64,000 nucleotides of DNA from assembly GCA_964587535.1 (NCBI GenBank), contig CAZPMA010000001.1:13153-77152 (forward strand). Reading direction: 5' to 3'. The position numbers and the translations under genes were made by a program. The notes under the pieces were generated by a model. The model saw only the letters and a list, made by a program, of their open reading frames with translations. It had not been told where the DNA came from and ran no database searches. Shown one piece after another: positions 31,481-42,556 of this stretch (within the stretch, counting starts at the first letter, position 1; each line of letters starts with the position of its first letter). This DNA comes from an uncultured Bacteroidales bacterium (GTDB lineage Bacteria; Bacteroidota; Bacteroidia; Bacteroidales; UBA12077).

Positions 31481-32497
31481 TTATTTACCATGTTCTTCTA
31501 AAAAACCTTCTGCATTTTCAACCATTTTTTTTGATCCTGTATAAAAAGGAACTCTTTGATGTAATGTCTTAGGTTTTATATCTAAAATTCTAATATGTCC
31601 GTTTGTTGCTTTCCCGCCAGCTTGTTCTGCTATAAAAGCAATCGGGTTACATTCATATAAAAGTCTTAATTTACCTGATGGAGCACTTGCCGTTTCAGGA
31701 TAAATAAAAACACCACCTTTAAGCAGATTTCTGTGGAAATCAGCTACCAATGAACCAATATATCTTGCTGAATATGGTCTGTTTGTAGATTTATCATTTT
31801 CCTGGCAATGCTTAATGTATTTTTTCACCCCCTCTGGAAATTTATTGTAGTTTCCTTCATTTAATGAATATATTTTGCCTTGTTCAGGGGTTTTAATGTT
31901 TGGGTGCGATAAACAAAATTCACCAATGCCAGTATCTAATGTAAAACCATTTACATCAATTCCAGTTGTGTAAACTAACATTGTTGATGAGCCATAAATA
32001 ATATACCCAGCAGCAATTTGCTGATTACCTTCTTGTAAAAAGTCTTTAAGTTGAGCTTTTTCTCCCCGTGGCGAAATTCTTTTATAAATTGAAAAGATGG
32101 TTCCTATAGATACATTTACATCAATATTAGAAGAACCATCCAGGGGGTCCATACAAACAATGTATTTACCATCCATTGACATTTCATCGTCGAAAGTAAT
32201 AATTTCTTGATTTTCTTCCGATGCTACACCACAACATTCTCCACTATCTCTTAATGCTGCAGTAAACTGCATATCAGCAAAAACATCTAATTTTTGTTGA
32301 TTTTCACCTTGAATATTAATATTGCCTGCTTCGCCAAGTACATCAACCAAACCTGCTTTGTTTACTTTTTTATGTACAACTTTAGCAGCAATACTGATGT
32401 GATGTAATAAGTTTGATAGTTCACCTTTAGCGTATGGAATATGTGCTTGACGACGAATGATAAATTCATTGAGAGTGGTTATATTATAGCCTTTCAT
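31481..32497 (-). CDS. fbp: Class 1 fructose-1,6-bisphosphatase (start taken at ATG 32497)
   Basis: [17 protein letters not shown] and YECNP motifs. Confidence 0.92.
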   Translation of the reverse strand: MKGYNITTLNEFIIRRQAHIPYAKGELSNLLHHISIAAKVVHKKVNKAGLVDVLGEAGNINIQGENQQKLDVFADMQFTAALRDSGECCGVASEENQEIITFDDEMSMDGKYIVCMDPLDGSSNIDVNVSIGTIFSIYKRISPRGEKAQLKDFLQEGNQQIAAGYIIYGSSTMLVYTTGIDVNGFTLDTGIGEFCLSHPNIKTPEQGKIYSLNEGNYNKFPEGVKKYIKHCQENDKSTNRPYSARYIGSLVADFHRNLLKGGVFIYPETASAPSGKLRLLYECNPIAFIAEQAGGKATNGHIRILDIKPKTLHQRVPFYTGSKKMVENAEGFLEEHGK

Positions 32498-32699
32498 CAA
32501 ATTAAAATTAAGGTTAAATTCAGATGAATTTAACTGTGGTTTCATTTAAATATTTACAAAAATAAGGTTAATTTCATGAATAAGAACAAAATATTAGAAA
32601 AAACAACCTAATAAAAATATAGTTGATATTTATAATGTTAATAAAAATAAGAAATACTAAATTTGTAAGATTTTGTCTTTAAAAACGGGCTATTTAGGT

Positions 32700-33950
32700 A
32701 TGATTATTTATAAGTTTGGTGGTGCTTCTGTTAAAAATGCACAAGGAGTAAGAAATTTGTTAAGTATTATTAAAGATACTAAACTAAATATAGTGGTAGT
32801 AGTTTCGGCATTAGGGAAAACAACAAATGCCTTAGAAGAAATTCTAGACTTGTCAATAAATAAGAATCATTGGGAAAATAAACTAAATGAATTAAAAGCT
32901 TTTCATTATAATATTACTGGCGAACTATTTGATAATGATTTTAGTGTTGTAAAAGATTTGTTGGAAAAAGATTTTGAAAAACTTCATTCAATTTTATCAG
33001 ACTCAAATCTTACCGATTTTGATTTAAAGTATGATCAGGTGGTTTCTTTTGGCGAAATATTTTCAACTCGAATTGTAAGCGAATTTTTAACGCAAAACAA
33101 ATTTTCAAATCAATGGATTGATATTAGAGACTATTTAATTACTGATAAAACTTACCGAGAAGCAAAAATAAACTGGGATATCTCAAAAAACAAAATTAGA
33201 AAGTTAATGGACTTTCAGACTACTTCGGCGTATGTTACACAAGGTTTTATTGGTGGTACTGTTGATGGAATGGTTACAACTCTTGGCAGGGAAGGATCTG
33301 ATTTCACAGCTGCTGTTTTAGCCAATATATTAAATGCTGAAAAAGTGGTTGTGTGGAAAGATGTTGATGGCATATTAAATGCTGACCCACAATATTTTGA
33401 AGCTACAAGTAAGTTAGATAAATTATCATATCAGGAAACAGTTGAATTAGCATATTTTGGGGCTAAAGTGATACACCCAAAAACATTAAAACCTTTACAT
33501 AACAAAAATATTCCTTTACAGGTTAGATCATTTATAAATAAAGATAACGAAGGTACCATAATACATTGTTTTAAAGAATATGATCAGGATTATCCCATTT
33601 ATATTTTAAAGAAAAGTCAGGTGTTAATCAGTTTATTCCCAAAAGATTTATCTTTTGTTATCGAATATGAGTTAAGTAAAATATTTAAATATCTTTCGGA
33701 ACACAGAATAAAAGTAAATATTATTCAAAATTCTGCGATTAGTGTATCTTTTTGCGTGGATAATGTGAACAACAAAGTGAAGAAACTTATTGAGCATTTG
33801 AAAGAAGACTTTAAAGTTTTATATAACGATCAGTTAGAGCTGCTAACCATCAGGCATTATAATGAAGATGCCATAAAGAAAGTAATTCAAAACAGAAAAA
33901 TTTATATTGAACAACGCAGTCGTCATACTGCTCATTTTGTAATTAAGTAA
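32700..33950 (+). CDS. lysC: Aspartate kinase (start taken at ATG 32700; a TTG at 32673 is also open)
   Basis: KFGGASV, LGREGSDFTAA, and C-terminal ACT-like repeats. Confidence 0.88.
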   Translation: MIIYKFGGASVKNAQGVRNLLSIIKDTKLNIVVVVSALGKTTNALEEILDLSINKNHWENKLNELKAFHYNITGELFDNDFSVVKDLLEKDFEKLHSILSDSNLTDFDLKYDQVVSFGEIFSTRIVSEFLTQNKFSNQWIDIRDYLITDKTYREAKINWDISKNKIRKLMDFQTTSAYVTQGFIGGTVDGMVTTLGREGSDFTAAVLANILNAEKVVVWKDVDGILNADPQYFEATSKLDKLSYQETVELAYFGAKVIHPKTLKPLHNKNIPLQVRSFINKDNEGTIIHCFKEYDQDYPIYILKKSQVLISLFPKDLSFVIEYELSKIFKYLSEHRIKVNIIQNSAISVSFCVDNVNNKVKKLIEHLKEDFKVLYNDQLELLTIRHYNEDAIKKVIQNRKIYIEQRSRHTAHFVIK

Positions 33951-33957
33951 TTCAAAT

Positions 33958-34614
33958 ATGAAAATTCTGGAAACTCAGGATAAATCAAATACTTTATTTT
34001 CGGATGAGTTTAATCAATCATATCATTCTGTTTATGGAGCATTAAGCGAATCAAGTCTTGTTTTTATCGAGTATGGACTGAAAAATGTTGAAAAAAATAA
34101 AATCAAAATTTTTGAACTAGGATTCGGAACAGGACTAAATGCAATTCTTACTCTTATAGAAAGTAAAAAACTCGGTTTGGACATTAGTTATCATACAATA
34201 GAAAAATATCCATTGAATGAGCACTTAATTTCAAGCTTAAACTTTAGTAATTTTCTAAACAAAGATGAGTTAGAACTGTTTAAACAATTGCATTCTGTAG
34301 AATGGGGTAAAGAATGCTTAATTAAAAATGGGTTTAAGATAAAAAAGATAGAATCAGATTTTAGTAATTTTAGCATGGAAGAAAATTATGATTTAGTTTA
34401 TTTTGATGCATTTTCTCCGGAGTCACAACCGGAATTATGGTCAGAAAAAGAATTTAATAAAATTTTCCATTCATTAAATAAAAATGGTGTTTTAACTACT
34501 TATAGTAGTAAAGGTATTGTAAAACAAAATTTACGTAATGCAGGATTTAATGTTAAACGACTTAAAGGTCCTGTTGGGAAAAGACATGTGCTAAGGGCAA
34601 TTAAAATAAACTAA
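33958..34614 (+). CDS. MnmC-type SAM-dependent tRNA methyltransferase domain protein (DUF752-like)
   Basis: ELGFGTGLN and VYFDAFSPESQPELWS. Confidence 0.75.
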   Translation: MKILETQDKSNTLFSDEFNQSYHSVYGALSESSLVFIEYGLKNVEKNKIKIFELGFGTGLNAILTLIESKKLGLDISYHTIEKYPLNEHLISSLNFSNFLNKDELELFKQLHSVEWGKECLIKNGFKIKKIESDFSNFSMEENYDLVYFDAFSPESQPELWSEKEFNKIFHSLNKNGVLTTYSSKGIVKQNLRNAGFNVKRLKGPVGKRHVLRAIKIN

Positions 34615-34713
34615 TATTTTAACTTTTTTTAAAAAATCATACTTTGACATTAAAAATAAAATGGTCAAATTTGCACATTAATAACACGAAATAACAATTA
34701 AAAATAAACAACT

Positions 34714-35412
34714 ATGAAAATTAAAATTTTATTAATCACTGCAGTAAGCCTTATATTCTTTTTATCTTCTTGTGATAAAAGTATAACATCAAAAGCAGAA
34801 GTGGAAACTGAATTAGACACAGTAAGTTATTACATCGGAATTGACGTGGCTAAAAGTTTAAAAGCAAGCTATTTTGAAGATGTAAATGTGGATGCATTTA
34901 TTGAAGGTTTAAAAAGAGAATTAAAAGAAGAAGAACATCAAATAAAAGTATTAAATCCTGAAATAATCATGCAAAAGTTCATGTCAGAAAGACAAAGACT
35001 GAGGATTCAAAAAAATTTAGAAGATGGCCGAGCATTTTTAGAAGAAAACAAAAATAAAAAAGGAATAATTGTTACAGAATCAGGGTTACAATATGAAATC
35101 TTAAAAGAAGGAACAGGAAAATCTCCATCCGTAAAAGATACCGTAGTATGTCATTATGAAGGTACTTTGATTAATGGGACTGTTTTTGATAGTTCTTATG
35201 AAAAAGAAGAGCCTGCAAAATTTGGATTAAACAATTTAATAAAGGGATGGGAAGAAGGACTTCCTTTAATGAAAGAGGGAGCAAAATACAGATTTTATAT
35301 ACCAACTGAGTTGGCTTATGGAATGAAAGTTAGAAGAGGTGGTAAAATTGAACCTAACATGGCTTTAATTTTTGATGTTGAATTAATTGAGGTTATTCAA
35401 ACAGAACAATAA
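34714..35412 (+). CDS. FKBP-type peptidyl-prolyl isomerase lipoprotein
   Basis: Lipobox LSSC. FKBP core (YEGTLINGTVFDSS...GWEEGL...IPTELAYG). Confidence 0.88.
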   Translation: MKIKILLITAVSLIFFLSSCDKSITSKAEVETELDTVSYYIGIDVAKSLKASYFEDVNVDAFIEGLKRELKEEEHQIKVLNPEIIMQKFMSERQRLRIQKNLEDGRAFLEENKNKKGIIVTESGLQYEILKEGTGKSPSVKDTVVCHYEGTLINGTVFDSSYEKEEPAKFGLNNLIKGWEEGLPLMKEGAKYRFYIPTELAYGMKVRRGGKIEPNMALIFDVELIEVIQTEQ

Positions 35413-35478
35413 TATAAAATAATAGTAATAATGTGGTAAGTACACTTCTTGTGTACTTACTTTTTCTATCATACTTAT

Positions 35479-35916
35479 ATGAAAAAAGCAGAAATTATAA
35501 CAGAAAAAGGAACAATGATGGTGGAGTTCTTTGATAAAGATGCTCCAGGAACAGTAGCAAACTTTATAAAACTCTCAAAAGAAGGATTTTATGATGGATT
35601 AACTTTTCACCGTGTAATCCCCAACTTTGTTATTCAAGGTGGTTGTCCGGATGGAACCGGCATGGGTGGACCAGGTTATTCAATTAAATGTGAACTAGAT
35701 GGAGATAATCAGTATCATGACCGTGGAGTTCTTTCTATGGCACATGCTGGTAGAGATACTGGAGGATCTCAGTTTTTTATCTGCCATAATAGAGAAAATA
35801 CGCAGCATTTAGATCGTAATCATACTGTATTCGGTAAAGTATATGAAGGTCTTGAAGTAATTGACCAAATTACACAAGGTGATAAAATTGAAAAAATAAA
35901 CATAACAGAAGAATAA
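35479..35916 (+). CDS. Cyclophilin-type peptidyl-prolyl isomerase (start taken at ATG 35479)
   Basis: [27 protein letters not shown]. Confidence 0.9.
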   Translation: MKKAEIITEKGTMMVEFFDKDAPGTVANFIKLSKEGFYDGLTFHRVIPNFVIQGGCPDGTGMGGPGYSIKCELDGDNQYHDRGVLSMAHAGRDTGGSQFFICHNRENTQHLDRNHTVFGKVYEGLEVIDQITQGDKIEKINITEE

Positions 35917-36296
35917 TGAGTTTCGAGATTTCAGGTAAACTGATAGAAAAATATAATACAGTTCAGGTAAATGATCGTTTTAAAAAACGTGAGTTTGTAA
36001 TTGAAAGAACAGAATCGAACGGTGGAATGGAATTTACCGATCATATTAAATTTCAATTAACACAGGATAGGTGTGATTTGATAGAAAGTATTGGTGTTAA
36101 TGAAGAGATAAAAGTTAATTTCAATATCAGAGGTAATAAGTGGGAAAAAGAAGGTAGAGTAAATTATTTTACAAACCTGGATGCATGGCGAATTGAGAAA
36201 GCACAAGGTCAGGAATCAGAACAAGATTATCCGCCACCACCATCATTAGATGATTTGCCACTTGAAAATGATGAATCTGACGACTTACCGTTTTAA
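35916..36296 (+). CDS. DUF3127-like protein with an acidic SSB-like C-terminal tip
   Basis: Starts at the ATGA overlap with the cyclophilin stop. Tail is ...PPPPSLDDLPLENDESDDLPF. Confidence 0.6.
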   Translation: MSFEISGKLIEKYNTVQVNDRFKKREFVIERTESNGGMEFTDHIKFQLTQDRCDLIESIGVNEEIKVNFNIRGNKWEKEGRVNYFTNLDAWRIEKAQGQESEQDYPPPPSLDDLPLENDESDDLPF

Positions 36297-36301
36297 TATA
36301 A

Positions 36302-36331
36302 AGAAATCCAAATTTTTATTTGGATTTTTTT
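36302..36331. terminator. Bidirectional intrinsic terminator
   Basis: Stem aaatccaaa/tttggattt followed by a T-run. Confidence 0.7.
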
Positions 36332-36348
36332 ATTCGTAATGGTATGAT

Positions 36349-37182
36349 TTATTCTTTCTTTTCAAGTATATAATTATTAATTAAATCATCATAAAGAATT
36401 AAAAGTCTCTTTAGCAATTTATTATTTGTATTAAATTCAATTCCTTCAATGTTTTTTACTGGCAAAACTTTTAATGAAGTACCACTTATAAATGCAGAAT
36501 CCATTTGTTTTAATTCAGAAAGATGCACTTTTCTTTCAATGTGATTAATTAAATTCTTTTTACATAAATTAATGATGTTATTCCTGGTAATTCCCATCAA
36601 TACATCTTGGTGTGGAGATGTTATTACTGTATCGTCTTTTATAAAAAAGATATTTGATCTGCTTCCTTCAGTGATGTTTTGATTTTTATCTATCAGTAAA
36701 ACTTCAAATAATTTATTTTCTATTATGTAATGATTGGCTTTCTGTCGGGCTCTTGTATTTAAAATTTTCGCATTTGGATTGTTTCGTACTGCTTTACACA
36801 ATCCTATGTTAATACCTTCTTTGTATTCTTTTTCAGAAGGGAAATAATGTGGAGTAAAATAGAGTAAAATGTCTTTTTCTTGATTTTTGTTATCAGCCTT
36901 ATAATGCAATACGATTTTAATTTTACCGTTTTCAACTTTATTTTTTTTAATTAATTCATAAATTAAAGTTTCAAAATCACAATAACTTTCAGTTACATTA
37001 AATCTGGATAAATCAGCCGAATTAAATAGCCTGTTTAAGTGATTTTCAAGGAATAAAGATGTAGATTTTTCAATTCTGATAACTTCATAAATTGAGGTCC
37101 CTTCTGCAAAAATTTCTTCGCTAAATTGAGAATTCTCAATGAATTTAAAATTATGGATATAATATTTATGAATGCATTCCAT
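36349..37182 (-). CDS. Class IV aminotransferase (branched-chain aminotransferase / ADC-lyase-like)
   Basis: Fold-type IV pattern (EGSRSNIFFIKD..., GITR, SGTS). Confidence 0.75.
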   Translation of the reverse strand: MECIHKYYIHNFKFIENSQFSEEIFAEGTSIYEVIRIEKSTSLFLENHLNRLFNSADLSRFNVTESYCDFETLIYELIKKNKVENGKIKIVLHYKADNKNQEKDILLYFTPHYFPSEKEYKEGINIGLCKAVRNNPNAKILNTRARQKANHYIIENKLFEVLLIDKNQNITEGSRSNIFFIKDDTVITSPHQDVLMGITRNNIINLCKKNLINHIERKVHLSELKQMDSAFISGTSLKVLPVKNIEGIEFNTNNKLLKRLLILYDDLINNYILEKKE

Positions 37183-37552
37183 ATCTTAATAATTAATTGT
37201 TAAATGTAATAAATTGAGTAAAAATTATACTTATAGTTAAAAGATTATTTTTTAGTGTGCGATTTAGTACACAAAGGTTCGTATTCGTGCAAAAAAAAAC
37301 ATCGTTTTTGTAAAGTGTTTTTGTAAAACTTATTGTAAATTAGTAAATAATATTTTTTGGTATAGTAATTGGAGCTAAAAAATGAGTTTAAAAATAAATA
37401 ACACTCTAGTATGGTTTTTTTGATATTAATCGTTGTAATATTGGTTATTAATTTTTTTAAAATTATATTTTAATTAAAATTAGCCATAGAAAATATTTAA
37501 GTTATTTCAAGTCTCAAACGGATTGTAAGAGTTATTATTACTTGAGATATAT

Positions 37553-37584
37553 AGGTCTGTAAATGAAATTTACAGACCTTTTTT
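37553..37584 (+). terminator. Strong orphan intrinsic terminator inside a 518-bp intergenic region
   Basis: 12-bp perfect stem aggtctgtaaat/atttacagacct, 3-nt loop, T-run. No annotated upstream + strand gene. Confidence 0.75.
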
Positions 37585-37700
37585 AAACCTACCATAAATA
37601 AAAACATCATATATGCATAAAAAATCTGAATTTTGAACTTTATCAAATATTGTTACATTTGTTAGCAATTCATTTTTGATACTTAAAGAGATTAATTATT

Positions 37701-39419
37701 ATGCAACAATTAAACGACTTTTTTCAAACAATACATAGTTTCCTTGGAGGGCACGAATGGTTCGTATTTTTTCTTATTGGTACGGGATTGTTTTTCACTC
37801 TTTATTTGAAATTTCCTCAGATAAGATATTTTAAACATGCTATTAGAATTGTTAGTGGCAAATTTGACAAAAAGGGGGATCAGGGAGACACATCACATTT
37901 TCAAGCACTTACAACAGCTCTTTCCGGAACTGTTGGAACCGGAAATATTGCAGGTGTTGCATTGGCAATTCATATGGGGGGGCCGGCAGCATTATTTTGG
38001 ATGTTGGTTACAGCATTTTTTGGAATGACAACCAAATTCGTGGAAGTAACATTATCGCATAAATACAGAGATTTTGATGAAAAAGGTCAGGTGGCAGGTG
38101 GACCAATGTATTACATGAAAAAACGCCTTAACATTAACCTTAAAAATGGGAAAATACTAAAAACAGGGAAGTGGTTAGGAATATTCTTTGCTGCTGCAAC
38201 AATTTTATCATCTTTTGGATCCGGTAGTATGCCACAAATAAATAGTATTACAGATTCAGTTTTAGCAACTTTCGGAGTTGAAAGGATTATAACTGGTGCT
38301 ATTATGTCAGTTTTGCTAGCCGTGGTAATTATTGGTGGTATTAAGAGAATCGCAAAAGTAACCGAGAAACTGGTTCCTGGAATGGCATTAATTTATTTAA
38401 TTGGAGCTTTTGCAGTGATAATTACAAATTATGAGAATATTATACCATCTTTTGTTTCAGTGTTTTCTAACGTATTTTCAGGATCTGCAGCAATGGGTGG
38501 ATTTATTGGAGCAAGTTTTGCATTTATGTTTAATCAAGGTGTTAATCGTGGGTTGTTCTCGAATGAAGCAGGACAGGGGTCTGCTCCAATTGCACACTCT
38601 GCTGCCAGAGCACATGAGCCTGTTTCAGAAGGAATGGTAGCAATTTTAGAGCCCTTTATTGATACTATAATTATTTGTACAATTACAGGTTTAGTATTAT
38701 TATCTTCTGGAGTGTGGAAAGAAAAGGTTGATAATCAATTCCAGAATACTGATGTGGTCGTTTTTGCTAATAATTATGACGAAAATATTAATGCAGATAA
38801 AAAAGCCATATTTAATCATTTGTCAGGAGAGTATGCTTTGCCATTATTTAATGGAGAACTTAACGTTGTTGAAGGAAATATCCAAGATGAACCTACAATT
38901 GTTCATGCTAGATCATTTGCAGAAAACATTGTTGTTTATAATGATAATAATTTATATAATGGTAAGATCAAGATAGAAAATGGAAGCATAACCAATGGAG
39001 AACAAAATATAGTCTTGATGGGGGAATCATTAATACACAGTGCACCATTAACGGCTCAAGCATTTACAAAAAGTTTCTTTGGAGAGTGGGGTAAGTATAT
39101 TGTATCAATCGGATTATTACTATTTGCTTTCTCTACTGCAATATCATGGTCATATTATGGCGATAGATCGGTTACATTTCTGTTTGGATCGAGATATGTT
39201 TTTGTTTACAGGATTTTATATGTTGTAGGTTTCTTCTTTGCTGGATTTACAGATACTACAATAATATGGAACCTTTCATTATTAACGGTTGTGTTTATGG
39301 CTATTCCTAACTTATTTGGAATACTTATGTTGCATAGAGAAGTTAAATTTACAATTAAAGATTACTGGAAAGGATTTAAAAAAGAACATCCGGATTTAAA
39401 AATTCCTGAAAAGGTATAG
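37701..39419 (+). CDS. Alanine/glycine:cation symporter (AGCS) family transporter with a hydrophilic insert
   Basis: [26 protein letters not shown] signature and [12 protein letters not shown]. 572 aa. Confidence 0.88.
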   Translation: MQQLNDFFQTIHSFLGGHEWFVFFLIGTGLFFTLYLKFPQIRYFKHAIRIVSGKFDKKGDQGDTSHFQALTTALSGTVGTGNIAGVALAIHMGGPAALFWMLVTAFFGMTTKFVEVTLSHKYRDFDEKGQVAGGPMYYMKKRLNINLKNGKILKTGKWLGIFFAAATILSSFGSGSMPQINSITDSVLATFGVERIITGAIMSVLLAVVIIGGIKRIAKVTEKLVPGMALIYLIGAFAVIITNYENIIPSFVSVFSNVFSGSAAMGGFIGASFAFMFNQGVNRGLFSNEAGQGSAPIAHSAARAHEPVSEGMVAILEPFIDTIIICTITGLVLLSSGVWKEKVDNQFQNTDVVVFANNYDENINADKKAIFNHLSGEYALPLFNGELNVVEGNIQDEPTIVHARSFAENIVVYNDNNLYNGKIKIENGSITNGEQNIVLMGESLIHSAPLTAQAFTKSFFGEWGKYIVSIGLLLFAFSTAISWSYYGDRSVTFLFGSRYVFVYRILYVVGFFFAGFTDTTIIWNLSLLTVVFMAIPNLFGILMLHREVKFTIKDYWKGFKKEHPDLKIPEKV

Positions 39420-39437
39420 TAGATAAACTAATATGAT

Positions 39438-39476
39438 AAAAAAGGGTCATGCAAACATTGCATGACCTTATTTTTA
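39438..39476. terminator. Bidirectional intrinsic terminator
   Basis: Stem ggtcatgca/tgcatgacc with flanking A-run and T-run. Confidence 0.75.
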
Positions 39477-40865
39477 TATTTTGAATCCAAATATGATCAT
39501 GTCATCAATCTGTTCATGTTTTTTACCCATCCATTTTTTCAGATTTAAGTCAATAAAATCTTTTTGAATTAATAATGGTTTTTCATGAATTTCAAGAAGC
39601 AAATGTTTAAACCTTCTGGATCTGAACTTTTTTCCATCATCTCCACCAAACTGATCGATAAATCCATCAGAGAACAGATAAAAAACATCATTGGATGTAT
39701 ATTCAATTTCATTATTTTTAAATGGAATCTCTATTGGAGTAAGTCCAATTGGGTTACGTGTTGGTTTATATTCAATAAGTTTTTTATTTCTGATCATATA
39801 TAATGGTAAATTTGCACCCGAAAATTGCAATACTTTATTTTTGTGATCAATTATACATAATCCGATGTCCATTCCATTATTAGTTGAATAATCGCTTTCC
39901 GACTGGTTAAGGGTTTCCTTTAATTCGTGTCTTAAAATTTCCAGTGTTTTATTTGCTTTCTTAACTTCTTTGCGTTGTACTATCTCATTTAATAATGAAA
40001 TACCCAAAACGCTCATAAATGCTCCCGGGACACCATGCCCAGTGCAATCTGCTATGGCAATAATTGTTAAGTTGTTTTGATGTTTAACCCAATAAAAATC
40101 ACCGCTTACAATATCTTTAGGTTTATAAAATATAAAATGATTAGGAATGTATTTTTTAATTAAAGTGGTATCAGTTAAAATAGCATTTTGAAGGTTTTTT
40201 GCATATAAAATACTATCTGTAATTTGATTTTTTTGAAAAATCAGTTTGTCTCTCTGTAAAGTATTTATAATTTTTTCATCTCTATAGCTTTTTACTAAAA
40301 TAGCCACAACCCAATAAATAAGAATAAAAGAAAACAGAAACGTAATTGTAACATCATAAAACTTTATAAAATCACTTTCATAAGGTGTAATTAAATTTGG
40401 AAATACTCTTTCCAATGTAAATAATAATAAAAGGTTTAACAAAAAAAAGGAAATTACAATTATTCTATTTCGTCCTTCAGTAATTATTACAAATAGTACC
40501 AATCCTACTAAATATACAAAAACTACTGGTCCTTCTGATCCGGCATTAAAAAACCAGACTATACTCAGAACAATTAATGAGTAGATAATAAAAGGAGATA
40601 CAAGATTTTTAAATTTTCTTTTTTTTCTCGAAAGGAAATAAAAACCAAAGGTAATTATACTAGAAACAAAAGTAAATAAAGTAAGTTTTATATTTAATTG
40701 TAGTGCAATGTTGGTAATTGTTGCAAAAGTAGCTGCCAATGCAGAAAATAGACTTACCGAATTAAAAAAACGGTGTTCAAGGCTAAAATCTTCACGTCGC
40801 CCAAAAAGTAAATCTGTATAATTATATGGCTCTTTTTTATCAGAACTGTTTTGATCTGGTGTCAT
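39474..40865 (-). CDS. PP2C/SpoIIE-family phosphatase with an N-terminal multi-TM sensor domain
   Basis: About 6-7 TM helices followed by a SpoIIE domain (SGDFYW...ADCTGHGVPGA...SDGFIDQFGG). Confidence 0.82.
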   Translation of the reverse strand: MTPDQNSSDKKEPYNYTDLLFGRREDFSLEHRFFNSVSLFSALAATFATITNIALQLNIKLTLFTFVSSIITFGFYFLSRKKRKFKNLVSPFIIYSLIVLSIVWFFNAGSEGPVVFVYLVGLVLFVIITEGRNRIIVISFFLLNLLLLFTLERVFPNLITPYESDFIKFYDVTITFLFSFILIYWVVAILVKSYRDEKIINTLQRDKLIFQKNQITDSILYAKNLQNAILTDTTLIKKYIPNHFIFYKPKDIVSGDFYWVKHQNNLTIIAIADCTGHGVPGAFMSVLGISLLNEIVQRKEVKKANKTLEILRHELKETLNQSESDYSTNNGMDIGLCIIDHKNKVLQFSGANLPLYMIRNKKLIEYKPTRNPIGLTPIEIPFKNNEIEYTSNDVFYLFSDGFIDQFGGDDGKKFRSRRFKHLLLEIHEKPLLIQKDFIDLNLKKWMGKKHEQIDDMIIFGFKI

Positions 40866-41029
40866 TATTTATATACTATATTTTACCCGATTGAGAGAAT
40901 CAGATTAACTCACTTGAATAAAGGTAGCTAAATTAAATAAATATTAGAAATAAAAAAAACGTATAGCCTGATTGTTTGAGAGATAACGTTTTATCGGGTT
41001 TTAGCCGGGTTAAAGTTTGTAATTCTAAC

Positions 41030-42436
41030 TTATTTTCTTTCTAATAATGCAATATTTTCAACATGGAATGTGTGTGGAAACATATCAACAGGTTGCACTT
41101 TAGTAACTTTATAATTGATGTCGAGTAAATTTATATCTCTTGCTTGTGTTGCAGGATTGCAACTTACATAAACTATTTTTGCAGGATTTGCTTTTAATAT
41201 AGTTTCAATTACATCTTTATGCATTCCTGCACGCGGTGGGTCAGAGATGATAACATCCGGTGTCCCATGTGTGTTAATAAAAGACTTATTCAGTATATCT
41301 TTCATATCTCCAGCAAAAAACGCAGTATTAGTAATGCTGTTTATCTCAGAATTTACTTTTGCATCTTCTATTGCTTCAGGGACATACTCAATACCTATTA
41401 CTTTTTTTGCTTTTTTTGCAATAAAATTGGCAATTGTTCCCGTTCCAGTATAAAGGTCATATACGATTTCGTTTCCTGTTAGATTTGCAAATTCCCTTGC
41501 TTTTGAGTATAAATTATAAGCCTGTTCTGAATTTGTCTGATAAAAAGATTTTGGACCGATCTTAAATTTAAGATCTTCCATTTGTTCATAAAAGAAATCA
41601 TTTCCTTTATATAAAATAACTTCCTGATCCGTAATTGAATCGTTCGATTTGGAGTTTACAATATACATCAATGAAGTAATCTCTGGGAACTTGTTGGCAA
41701 TATGGTTTAATAAGTTTTTAATAGCATTCTTATCATCATGATAAAAAACAATAATTACCATCAATTCATTAGTAGTTGATGTTCTAATGATTAAATTTCT
41801 TAAAAGTCCTTCTTGTTTTCGAATGTCGAAATATGAAAGTTTATTTTCATCGGCATATTTTTTTACTTCTAACCGAATAGCATTTGAAGGGTCCTTTTGT
41901 AAATGGCACTTATTAATATTTACTATTTTATCCCATATTTTAGGAACATGAAATCCAAGAGCATTATCTTGCTTAAGTTCATCTTGAGTAGAAATTTCTT
42001 CTTTGGTTAACCAGCGTTTATTTGAAAAAGTAAATTCCAGTTTGTTTCTGTAAAATGCAGTATTTTCAGATGCAAGTATATAATCGATTTCTGGCAAATC
42101 AACTTTCGCTATTCTTTCAAGGTTGTCAACTACCTGTTGGTGTTTGTATTTTAGTTGGTCTTTATAGGGAAGATTTTGCCATTTACATCCACCACAAACA
42201 CCAAAATGCTCACAAAATGGTTCAACCCTTAGGTCGGAATATTTGTGAAATTTTACCGGGATGGCCTCCATAAAGCTGCTTCGCTTTTTTGTTACTTGTA
42301 TGTCAACAATATCACCAGGAATAACCTGGGTTATAAATACAACTTTATTATCTATTTTGGCAATGGATTTTCCTTCAGCAGCAATATTTAATATTTCTAC
42401 TTTCTCAATAAATGGTAATGGATTTTTTCTTCCCAT
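41030..42436 (-). CDS. rlmD: 23S rRNA (uracil-C5)-methyltransferase RlmD/RumA family (start taken at ATG 42436)
   Basis: TRAM domain, Fe-S cysteines CEHFGVCGGC, SAM motif DLYTGTGT, and DPPRAG. Confidence 0.88.
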   Translation of the reverse strand: MGRKNPLPFIEKVEILNIAAEGKSIAKIDNKVVFITQVIPGDIVDIQVTKKRSSFMEAIPVKFHKYSDLRVEPFCEHFGVCGGCKWQNLPYKDQLKYKHQQVVDNLERIAKVDLPEIDYILASENTAFYRNKLEFTFSNKRWLTKEEISTQDELKQDNALGFHVPKIWDKIVNINKCHLQKDPSNAIRLEVKKYADENKLSYFDIRKQEGLLRNLIIRTSTTNELMVIIVFYHDDKNAIKNLLNHIANKFPEITSLMYIVNSKSNDSITDQEVILYKGNDFFYEQMEDLKFKIGPKSFYQTNSEQAYNLYSKAREFANLTGNEIVYDLYTGTGTIANFIAKKAKKVIGIEYVPEAIEDAKVNSEINSITNTAFFAGDMKDILNKSFINTHGTPDVIISDPPRAGMHKDVIETILKANPAKIVYVSCNPATQARDINLLDINYKVTKVQPVDMFPHTFHVENIALLERK

Positions 42437-42556
42437 TTGATACGATTTTAAATTTTTACAAAGATATAATATCAAAACATAAATCTTTAATGTATCTGTT
42501 TAAATGATAAAATTCTATGTAGAAATTTTATCTTTGCTGAAATTATAAATGAGCAT

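Noticed and set aside
32546-32699. Lysine riboswitch or leader upstream of aspartate kinase
   Set aside because: There are no G/C-rich helices or conserved L-box elements. The sequence is A/T-rich spacer.
37183-37700. Glycine (or other amino-acid) riboswitch upstream of the AGCS symporter
   Set aside because: I looked for the conserved GGAGAG...CACCG / CUCUGGAGAG-type cores and found none. The region is almost pure A/T apart from the terminator hairpin.
37837-38976. ORFs 37837-38028, 38431-38640 and 38728-38976 (+)
   Set aside because: They are alternative frames within the AGCS transporter gene.
41219-42273. ORFs 41219-41482, 41247-41453 and 42055-42273 (+)
   Set aside because: They are antisense to rlmD.
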